DNA from: Eledone cirrhosa
Taxonomy: Eukaryota
Direction of reading: 5' to 3'
NCBI GenBank assembly: GCA_964016885.1
Contig: CAXHJY010000301.1
Location: 62,001-126,000, forward strand
DNA length: 64,000 bases
Shown here one piece after another: positions 15,611-27,110 of this stretch. Numbering within the stretch: the first letter of the stretch is position 1; the number at the start of each line of letters is the position of its first letter. The position numbers and the translations under genes were made by a program. A model generated the notes under the pieces. It was not told where the DNA came from, searched no databases, and was given only the letters and a program-made list of their open reading frames with translations.

Positions 15611-15671
15611 TTTCATTCTGATGATTGAAAGCAACATTTTTTTGCTTTTAAGAAACCACTGGTAAATGCAA
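15611..15671 (+). ncRNA. Type I hammerhead ribozyme in the 3' pseudo-LTR
   Basis: Same as 10954-11014 with one stem I mismatch (AATGCAA). Confidence 0.88.
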
Positions 15672-15708
15672 TAATTGCCTTATGTTCTTTATTACATAAC
15701 TATATATG

Positions 15709-15777
<69 letters not shown>

Positions 15778-15784
15778 ATATATG

Positions 15785-15904
<120 letters not shown>

Positions 15905-16199
15905 TATATGTATCTATATATATATGTATATATATATATATATATGTATCTATATATACATGTATATATATATGTATATATGTATATATATAAAGGTTTA
16001 CATATACATAAAGTTATAGATATATATGTTGAAACCGGTCACTTTTAAGCTCTATGAAGAATTAATAAATTAAATAATCAGAGCAATATATATTTGGAAG
16101 AGGAATTGGTATATATTTTATCTAATAATTCTAAGGACATGATTTATGATATATATATGTATATATTTCTATATATGTATATATATATATATGTGTGTG

Positions 16200-16232
<33 letters not shown>

Positions 16233-16305
16233 TTAAAAATGTATATATATATGTAGATATATGTATATATATGTATATATATGTATATATATATGTAGAT
16301 ATATG

Positions 16306-16338
<33 letters not shown>

Positions 16339-16465
16339 GTATATATATATATGTATATATATATATGTATATATATATATGTATATATATGTATTTATAT
16401 ATATATGTATATATATGTATTTATATATATATGTATATATATATATGTATATATATATATATGTG

Positions 16466-16499
<34 letters not shown>

Positions 16500-16643
16500 T
16501 ATTGTTTTTATCGTTTCCGCTGAACCGGTGCGTACAATGACTCACGTTCTATGCAAATTAGTCTACCCACTACTAATTTTCATAGAAAAAGCATATAACG
16601 ATATGTGCTTTTACAATTCTCCAGAGAAGCCGGAAGATGGGTA

Positions 16644-16688
16644 AATATTGCTGATGAGATGTAATAACATCGAAACTAGTCCAATATT
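16644..16688 (+). ncRNA. Minimal type I hammerhead ribozyme, intact
   Basis: AATATTG-CTGATGA-GATGT-AATA-ACATC-GAAA-CTAG-TC-CAATATT. Perfect stems I and II, palindromic CTAG, GUC site. Confidence 0.93.
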
Positions 16689-17112
16689 CCTGTCTGGCCC
16701 TCTGGAGAATAGAGGAAATGTGTTTCCTTGAAAACTCGTATGACTCTAAAACCCGGTCCGCCTGTGTGGTTACATACAGACTAGCTGACACTCACTGTAA
16801 AGTGTCTAGTGAAAAGCTGAGTACATGTACATATGTATACATGTGTGTATTTATATGCATACTAATACTTCCGTATACATATGTAGATGTACACTTTAAC
16901 TTAATTGTTTAAGCGTCAGTCATACAAAAGTGAGTTAGAAGCGAAACGAAATTTAATTTCGTTTCGTTATTTGTTTTTATCGTTTCCGCTGAACCGGTGC
17001 GTACAATGACTCACGTTCTATGCAAATTAGTCTACCCACTACTAATTTTCATAGAAAAAGCATATAACGATATGTGCTTTTACAATTCTCCAGAGAAGCT
17101 GGAAGATGGGTA

Positions 17113-17157
17113 AATATTGCTGATAAGATGTAATAACATCGAAACTAGTCCAATATT
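17113..17157 (+). ncRNA. Hammerhead copy with core mutation (CTGATAA, G8>A)
   Basis: Identical to 16644-16688 except in the catalytic core. Confidence 0.85.
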
Positions 17158-17707
17158 CCTGTCTGGCCCTCTGGAAAATAGAGGAAATGTGTTTCCTTGA
17201 AAACTCGTATGACTCTAAAACCCGGTCCGCCTGTGTGGTTACATACAGACTAGCTGACACTCACTGTAAAGTGTCTAGTGAAAAGCTGAGTACATGTACA
17301 TATGTATACATGTGTGTATTTATATGCATACTAATACTTCCGTATACATATGTAGATGTACACTTTAACTTAATTGTATATATATATATATGCAAGCGTG
17401 GAACACGGACGCTAAACCTGATGATGATGATGATGATGATGATATATATGTATATATATATATATATAATGAAGGAAATGTGGTAAGGAACCAGGTGGAC
17501 CATAACGCACCAAAGTACTCAATACTTAGGGTAGTAGAGTGGGTAATAGGAACGAGTAGGACCCCGACGGCTGAGCTCAAGCCGTTTCGACAGCTAATTC
17601 TCGACTGAATGTCCAGAATTAGCCATCGAAACGGCTTTATATATATATATATCATTTCATTTCATTTTACGTCCGCTTTTTCCCTGCTTGCAAGGGTGGC
17701 ACGGGAA

Positions 17708-17753
<46 letters not shown>

Positions 17754-17756
<3 letters not shown>

Positions 17757-18213
17757 TCATCATCATCATCATCAACGTTTAACGTCCGTGTTCCATGCTT
17801 GCATGGGTTTGGACGGGGGTTTTCCCACTTGAGGCAAGAGTGTTTGTCTTGCTCGCATAGGACTATCTGGCGGGTTTTCTACAGCTGGATGCCCTTCCTA
17901 ACACCAACCACATTTACAGTGTGGGGCTGGGAGGTTTTTACCGTGTTGCCTACACGGCCACATTACAGCGTGGACTGTCTGGCAGGTTTTCTACAGTTGG
18001 ATGCCCTTCCTAACACCAACCACATTTACAGTGTGGGGCTGGGAGGTTTTTACCGTGTTGCCTACACGACCACATTACAGCGTGGACTGTGTCTACATGA
18101 TCTCATTTGTTTCGGCCTGGATGTTGTGGCACCAACATAACTTTACATTGAAGGGGCGGTGTGGATGGGGTGGTGGGTGGTGGGACGGGGGTGTATTTTG
18201 TTAGAGATGCCTA
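17754..18213 (-). mobile_element. RTE LINE 3' UTR fragment
   Basis: Reverse complement of the 3' UTR at ~25900-26372, including its internal ~113-bp duplication. (CAT)n tail. Confidence 0.85.
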
Positions 18214-18326
18214 ATATATATATAAGTATTGAAATTTCCGTTGAAAACAGAAAAGGTCATAGAAGTGAAGAGTGCTCTATGTAAGTACCAGAGCAAAATT
18301 TAATCTATAAAAATCAATACAATATA

Positions 18327-18404
18327 ATTACCTCATTACCAGAGGTTTCCCGAATGAGGCGAATACGAAAGAAACGTCTTCATTCGTTCGTCAGACGAGG
18401 CAAT
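18327..18404 (-). ncRNA. Type I hammerhead ribozyme
   Basis: Minus strand: ATTGCCTCGT-CTGACGA-a-CGAATGA...TCATTCG-g-GAAA-CCTCTGG-TA-ATGAGGTAAT. 10-bp stem I. Confidence 0.85.
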
Positions 18405-19077
18405 ATAAAACATGGGTTAATACTTGGAAAGTCTCATCAAGAAAAGCAAAAAAAATATAGACAAATGAATTAGAATATGAAATATATAAAAATCTTACAA
18501 GAAATATAGTTAGGTGTGTGTATATGTATGTATATACGCTCACAGATGTGCATATATGTGTATGCACATATGTATACGTATAGTGAAAAAGTGTGTGTAA
18601 ATATATAATTTAGGGCAAATGTATCTGTGTATCTGTAATCTACAGACAGAATAGATACATCATAAGAATATGAAGGCGCATAAACACACCTACACACACG
18701 TACACTCATATGCGGAAGTAAAAAGGTAAGGGAGTGTAATAATTAAAGGAAAGTATCAATCTCGATATATTTATAAAAATGGAACAATAATTTAGAAAGA
18801 AAAAATTAAAGAAAAGAAGACAAACAAGGTACACGCATAGACACACACGTATATCTCACAAAAGAAACGCAAAAATATACATACTTATATACACACGCAC
18901 ACTTACATATCCATATGTTTGATACGTACACACACACTCACACACACATACTTACACTCACGCATATTGACCTGTTTGCATGCATACGCATAAAAATGAG
19001 GATGTAAAAAAAGGGGAGAAGAAAAAAGAAACAAAAACATAAAATTTAGATGTAAAAACACGTATATAAAGACACAT

Positions 19078-19112
<35 letters not shown>

Positions 19113-19442
19113 CACGCGCGCGCACATACGTAGGCGCTCATGTACATATATAGAAAGTATACACACATTAAGGCATTCAGCCACATAGATACAGGGTGTA
19201 AAAAAACTTGTGGATAAGTAAGTACAAATATAAAATTATAAAATTGTAAGATTGGCTGCGCAAAAATAAAAAATAAAAATAGAAATAAAAAATATCTGGA
19301 GTGGAAAACGCAAGTGACTAGTATAATCAGTTAGTGAAGGAAATAGGGAAATAAAAAATGGAAAGTGAAGCTATTAGGTAAGTGAATCGGAGAATAAAGG
19401 GGGGGGGGGGGATTATTGGTGGATGTGGAGTAAAAAAAAAAA

Positions 19443-19443
<1 letters not shown>

Positions 19444-19480
<37 letters not shown>

Positions 19481-19554
19481 CATATATGTATATATTTATA
19501 TATATATGTATATATATATATGTATATATATATATACATATATATATATGTATG

Positions 19555-19609
<55 letters not shown>

Positions 19610-19638
19610 GTATATATATATATGTATATATATATATG

Positions 19639-19669
<31 letters not shown>

Positions 19670-20090
19670 GTATATATATATATGTATATGTATATGTATA
19701 TATATATGTATATATATATATGTATATGTATATGTATATATATATATATGTATATATATATATGTATATATATATGTATATATATATGTATATATATATA
19801 TATGTATATGTATATATATATATTTGTATATGTATATGTATATATGTATATGTATATATGTATATATATATATATGTATATGTATATATATATGTATATA
19901 TATATGTGTATATATGTATATATATGTATATGTATATATATATATATGTATATGTATATATGTATATGTATATATGTATATGTATATATGTATATGTATA
20001 TATATATGTGTATATATATATATGTATATATATATATATGTATATATGTATATATGTATATATATATATGTATATGTATATATATATATG

Positions 20091-20145
<55 letters not shown>

Positions 20146-20146
20146 G

Positions 20147-20244
<98 letters not shown>

Positions 20245-20254
20245 TATATATGTA

Positions 20255-20337
<83 letters not shown>

Positions 20338-20595
20338 ATATATATATGTATATATGTATATGTATATATGTATATATATATATATGTATATATGTATATA
20401 TATATATATGTATATGTATATATGTATATATATATATATGTATATATATATATGTATATATATATATATGTATATATACATATATATATATACATATATA
20501 TATATATACATATATACATATACATATATATATATATACATATATACATATATATATATATACATATATACATATACATATATACATATATATAT

Positions 20596-20678
<83 letters not shown>

Positions 20679-20688
20679 TACATATATA

Positions 20689-20786
<98 letters not shown>

Positions 20787-20787
20787 C

Positions 20788-20844
<57 letters not shown>

Positions 20845-20927
20845 CATATATATATATACATATACATATATATATATACATATATACATATATACATATA
20901 TATATATATACATATATATATATACAC

Positions 20928-20959
<32 letters not shown>

Positions 20960-20960
20960 G

Positions 20961-21007
<47 letters not shown>

Positions 21008-21022
21008 GTATATATATATATG

Positions 21023-21119
<97 letters not shown>

Positions 21120-21447
21120 GTATATATATATATGTATATATATATATGTATATATATATATATGTATATATATATATGTATATATATATATATGTATATA
21201 TATATATGTATATATATATATATGTATATATATATATGTATATATATATGTATATATATATATGTGTATATATATATATGTGTATATATGTATATGTATA
21301 TGTATATATGTATATATATATGTATATATGTATATGTATATATATATATATAAATATATATATATGTGTGTATATATATATGTATATATATATATGTGTG
21401 TATATATATATGTATATATATATATGTGTGTATATATATAGTGTGCG

Positions 21448-21478
<31 letters not shown>

Positions 21479-21506
21479 GTATATGTATATATATATGTAT
21501 ATATAT

Positions 21507-21562
<56 letters not shown>

Positions 21563-21623
21563 GTATATGTATATATATATATGTATATGTATATATATAT
21601 GTATATATATATATATGTATATG

Positions 21624-21690
<67 letters not shown>
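19444..21690. repeat. ~2.2 kb TA/TATG microsatellite with an internal inversion
   Basis: Interruptions switch from G to C at ~20475 and back at ~20940. Confidence 0.95.
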
Positions 21691-21692
<2 letters not shown>

Positions 21693-21793
21693 ATATACAT
21701 ATACACAAACTAGACAAAGTCACAGATATATATGTTTTGGCAACCATTCACGATGTGGCTCAATGATGAATTAATAAATTAAATAATCAGCAA

Positions 21794-22285
21794 TATACTA
21801 TAAAGTATATCCATAGAATCATTTGATAATATATATATATACACCATTTCCTCTCCCAATTAGCATAATTAACCACAGAAAAAATCAATTAAACCAGGCT
21901 ATAAGATTAAAAGGCACCTATGAAGAAATAGTAGATAAATAAATGACACCAATTTATTCGCGATCAACCGCTATAGAATATTAACCCAACATTTCAATAG
22001 CACGTGGAAATCGATTAAATATACCGTAAATCATACATAATTAGGTATAAAATTAAAGTTAGAAGAAAAAATGCAAATACACGTACCATGCTATTGAAAT
22101 GTTGGATAAATATTCTATATCGGTTGATTGTGAATAAATTGCTGTCGTTTATCTACTATTTATTTATAGGTGCCTTTTAATCTTATAGCCTGGTTTAATT
22201 GATTTTTTGTGTGGTTGATTATGCTAATTGGGAGAGGAAATGGTGTATATATATTATCAATTGATTTTATGGACATACTTTATAG

Positions 22286-22290
<5 letters not shown>
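21794..22290. repeat. Foldback element with ~200-bp inverted arms
   Basis: ~21794-22002 is the reverse complement of ~22088-22290, e.g. AAACCAGGCTATAAGATTAAAAGGCACCTAT / ATAGGTGCCTTTTAATCTTATAGCCTGGTTT. Confidence 0.88.
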
Positions 22291-22319
<29 letters not shown>

Positions 22320-22933
22320 GAGAAGGCTACGTTGGTATGGTCACGTGATGCGCATGAAAGACGACAGCTGTATAACAAAGTGCAGGGCAATATAGATAGA
22401 CGGTAGCCACGGAGTAGGCAGACCCAGAAAAACCTGGGACGAGCTGATAAATTCCGACCTCACACACTTACACCTCTCCAAGACAATGTCACTGGACCGA
22501 GACCTTTGGCGGTACTCAGTAATAGAGAAGACCCACCTTACCTAAATACAAAGTAAAACCTACTACAGCCAGTAGGCATCTCTAACAAAATACACCCCCG
22601 TCCCACCACCCCACCCCATCCACACCGCCCCTTTCATTGTAAAGTTATGTTGGTGCCACAAAATCCAGGCCGAAACAAATGAGATTGTGTAGGTGTCACG
22701 ACAAAAAAACACACAGTCCACGCTGTAATGTGGCCGTGTAGGCAACACGGTAAAAAGTTCCCTGTTCCACACTGTAAATGTGGTTGGTGTTAGGAAGGGC
22801 ATCCAGCTGTAGAAAACCCGCCAGACAGTCCTATGCGAGCAATGACAACCACTCTTGCCTCAAGTGGGAAAACTCCCGTCCAAACCCATGCAAGCGTGGA
22901 ACATGGACGTTAAACGATGATGATGATGATGAT
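22320..22933 (+). mobile_element. RTE LINE 3' fragment
   Basis: Encodes [11 protein letters not shown] to the end of the ORF, then 3' UTR and (GAT)n tail. Confidence 0.9.
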
Positions 22934-23032
22934 CAACTAGAAATAGATCCGAGCATTGGATCTTTGAGTTTATTCTACGGTGGATATGGCGCATGTCTCT
23001 CAGACATGACAACCCTTAATTTTAATTTTGGA

Positions 23033-23069
<37 letters not shown>

Positions 23070-23108
23070 ATATATATGTTATATGTATATATATGTATAT
23101 ATATGTAT

Positions 23109-26100
23109 ACTTGTCCTCAATAAAACCACGGTGACAGTAATATCTGCGTACGCACCCCAATCCGGACTGCCCCGCGCTATAAAAGACAAATTCTACGAGA
23201 CACTGATGCTCGCTACCTCCCAAATAACCGACAGTGACTATATAGTTATTGCAGGCGACCTAAATGGTCACGTTGGACAACATTGTGACGGCTATGACGG
23301 AATCCATGGAGGCTATGGGTTCGGTACTAGAAATGAGGAAGGCTCCAGAATCCTGGAATTCTGCGACGCAAATAACTTAACTATCTGTAACACTAACTTC
23401 AAAAAACGAGACAATCACTTGATCACCTATAGATCGGGGGAACACACAAGCCAGGTAGATTATATCCTTACCAGAAGACGTGACAGAGTGTCTGTTGTTA
23501 ACACTAAATCCCACCCCCATGAAGAATTCACCTCCCAACATAGACTGATAATTAGCGACCTCATAGTCAGGACGAGACGTACTAGACAGCGGAAGAGGAC
23601 TATCCTCAGGAGAAAAATATGGAAGCTAAAGGACCCCATAGCCAGAAATAAATTTCAAAGCATATTACTTGACGCTTTCGACAGTAAGGAAGAGCAATTA
23701 GAGTCGTATAATATAGAGGAACAGTGGGAATTCCTGAGAGCAAACCTGCTGACGGCGGCAGACGAAGTCTGTGGCTGGAGCAGGCCTGTAGGTAGGAGGA
23801 GAGTAACATGGTGGTGGAACAGTAAGGTGGAGGAGTCAATTAAGGCCAAAAAGCAGGCTTGGAAAGTATGGCGGGATGGGGGAAGTAGAGAAGACTATCA
23901 AGTGGCCAGGAGGGAAGCTAGGAGACAAGTGTACTTCGCAAGAAGGGAAGCAGAGGAAAGAAAGTTCAAGCATGTTCTACAACGTGAGGACCAAAAACGT
24001 GAGGTGTTCAGGATTGCCAGGCAATGTGTCAAGGAAAACCGTGATATTGTCGGGGAGAAGTGTGTACTTAACGATGATGGCATACTTGCCATCACCGACG
24101 CTGATAAGAAGGTAGCTTGGAAGTGTCACTACGAAAGGCTTCTAAATGAGGAGAACAAATGGGAGAAAGACAGTCTCCCCCAGATCGATCCAATAGAGGG
24201 ACCAGCAGTGTTAGTTGAAGGTAGTATAATAAGTAAGGCAATCAAAGATATGAAGACGGGTAAGGCGGCTGGGCCTTCGGAAATAGTTGCTGAGATGCTG
24301 AAGGCATCTGGTTCGGTGGGACACACCATGGTCACCCGGTTAGTTAACCAAGTCGTACAGAATGGGGTTGTTCCGAAGGAATGGCGTAGCAGCATCATCG
24401 TTAACTGCTATAAGGGAAAAGGAGATGCCCTAGATAGGAGTAACTATAGAGGCATTAAATTAATCGACCAGGTCATGAAGGTCACGGAAAAAGTAATAGC
24501 GCAACTAATCAGAGAGAGAATTGATCTAGATGAAATGCAGTTCGGGTTTGTGTCAGGCAAAAGTACCACAGACGCTCTTTTCATTGTACGACAACTACAG
24601 GAGAAGTACCTAGCTAAAAGTAAACCCCTATACTTAGCTTTCGTCGACTTGGAGAAAGCCTTCGACAGAGTCCCCCGTTCCATTATCTGGTGGTCTCTTA
24701 GAAAACTAGGTGTTGACGAATGGCTTGTGAGAGCTATACAAGCCATGTATAAAGAAACAGTCAGTAAGGTTAGAATTAACAACGAATATAGTGAAGAGTT
24801 TAGCGTAAAAGTTGGTGTCCATCAGGGCTCTGTTCTTAGCCCCCTACTATTTATTATTGCCCTTCAGGCTATAACAGAGGAGTTCAAGACCGGCTGCCCA
24901 TGGGAACTCCTATACGCAGATGATCTAACGCTCATAGCTGAATCAATGACCGAACTAGAGAAGAAATTCCAAACGTGGAAGCACGGCCTAGAATCAAAAG
25001 GCCTTAAAATTAACCTGGCTAAGACTAAAGTTCTAGTTTGTAGGAAAGAAAATAAGGCGGCGGTCCCATCGGGGAAATGGCCATGCTCAGTGTGTAGGAA
25101 AGGCGTAGGTAGAAACTCCATTTTATGTCCCAAATGCAAAGTATGGGTGCATAAAAGATGTAGTGGGATCACAGGTAAGCTAACTAAGAACATAGATTTT
25201 ACATGTGGCCGGTGCTCTGGTGCAATAAGTAGCAGCAAGTGCCCACAAAATACTAGCTCCTTCAACTGCGCAGAGGGTTCTATAGAAATAGTGGACAGCT
25301 TCCGTTATCTGGGTGACAAAATCAGCAGTGGGGGAGGGTGCTCTGAAAGTACAGTAGCTAGAGTCAGAACTGGATGGAAAAAGTTCAGAGAGCTTATACC
25401 ACTATTAGCCGCTAGAGGGTTCTCCCTAAAAATGAAAGGCAGGTTATACGATGCCTGCATACGAACAGCAATGCTGCATGGCAGTGAGACCTGGGCATTG
25501 TGTGCAGAGGATATACGCAGACTAGAGAGGAACGAAGCTTGCATGCTCCGCTGGATGTGCAATAGTAATATACGTGAACGGCAAAGCATAAACGAACTAA
25601 GGAAAAAATTAGAAATAAGAGGGATCAGATGTTGTTTACTCGAGAGAAGGCTACGTTGGTACGGTCACGTGATGCGCATGAAAGACGACAGCTGTATAAC
25701 AAAGTGCAGGGCAATAAAGATAGACGGTAGCCACGGAGTAGGCAGACCCAGAAAAACATGGGACGAGCTGATAAATTCCGACCTCACACGCTTACACCTC
25801 TCCAAGACAATGTCACTGGACCGAGACCTTTGGCGGTACTCAGTAATAGAGAAGACCCGCCTTACCTAAATACAAAGTAAAAACCTACTACAGTCAGTAG
25901 GCATCTCTATCAAAACACACCCTCGTCCCACCACCTCCACCCCACCCACACCGGCCCTTTCAATGTAAAGTTATGTTGGTCCCACAACATCCAGGCCGAA
26001 ACAAATGAGATCGTGTAGGTGTCACGACAAAAAACACACAGTCCACGCTGTAAATGTGGCCGTGTAGGCAACACGGTAAAAACCTCCCAGCCCCACACTG

Positions 26101-26372
26101 TAAATGTGGTTGGTGTTAGGAAGGGCATCCAGCTGTAGAAAACCCGCCAGACAGTCCACGCTGTAATGTGGCCGTGTAGGCAACACGGTAAAAACCTCCC
26201 AGCCCCACACTGTAAATGTGGTTGGTGTTAGGAAGGGCATCCAACTGTAGAAAACCCGCCAGACAGTCCTATGCGAGCAAGACAACCACTCTTGCCTCAA
26301 GTGGGAAAACCCCCGTCCAAACCCATGCAAGCGTGGAACACGGACGCTAAACCTGATGATGATGATGATGAT
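23109..26372 (+). mobile_element. RTE-clade LINE, 5'-truncated within the APE endonuclease, ORF otherwise open to 25869
   Basis: APE motifs [21 protein letters not shown] and SQH. RT motifs LEKAFD and YADD. (GAT)n tail. Confidence 0.96.
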
Positions 26373-26398
26373 ATATATATATATGTTATATGTATATA

Positions 26399-26846
26399 TA
26401 TTGTTATGCTTTGGGAAGGTCATGTTGCCAATAAGAAACACACGCACCAGTTGCTTTCACTTCAATTTATTATAAATTAAATTTATAAATTTAGGAATTT
26501 AAAAATTTCCGGTTGGTTGGTTCCACAAGCAGACGATTGTTCATATATTGTCAAAGTTCTTTTGTCACACATTCTGTGACCTCTTCAGTGACTGGGGATT
26601 CTTTTCTTTGTTTTTGTGCCTCTCCTTTGTTCTGTCCTACGCCAACTTGTCACTGAAGAGGTCACAGAATGTGTGACGAAAGAACTTTGGCAATATATGA
26701 ACAATCGTCTGGTTGTGGAACCAACCAACCAACCGGAAATTTATAAATTCCTAAATTTATAAATTTAATTTATAATAAATTGAAGTGAAAGCAACTGGTG
26801 CGTGTATTTCTTATTGGCAGCATGACCCTGCCAAAGCATAACAATA
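26399..26846. repeat. Foldback element with ~195-bp inverted arms, each carrying an HHR
   Basis: 26399-26592 is the reverse complement of 26649-26846, with a ~56-nt spacer. Confidence 0.9.
26647..26693 (+). ncRNA. Minimal type I hammerhead ribozyme
   Basis: TTGTCA-CTGAAGA-g-GTCACA-GAATG-TGTGAC-GAAA-GAAC-TT-TGGCAA. The mirror copy on the minus strand (26548-26592) has AAAA instead of GAAA. Confidence 0.75.
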
Positions 26847-26903
26847 TCGGTTTCAACACATGTTTTCAGATAAATTGCTAAACAAATTCAGAAACGATTT
26901 ATG

Positions 26904-26990
<87 letters not shown>

Positions 26991-26997
26991 GTATATG

Positions 26998-27075
<78 letters not shown>

Positions 27076-27110
27076 TGTATATGTATATATATATGTATAT
27101 ATATATATAT

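Larger units (their letters stand above)
10060..15702 (+). mobile_element. Penelope-like element (Naiad-like) with direct pseudo-LTRs and an inverted 5' extension
   Basis: Direct repeats ~10908-11045 and ~15567-15702 each contain an HHR, with the RT + GIY-YIG ORF between them. 10060-10908 is an inverted copy of ~13955-14850. Confidence 0.88.
16500..17378 (+). repeat. 469-bp tandem dimer (~1.9 copies), one HHR per unit
   Basis: 16501-16908 repeats at ~16969-17377 with very few differences. HHRs start at 16644 and 17113. Confidence 0.92.
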
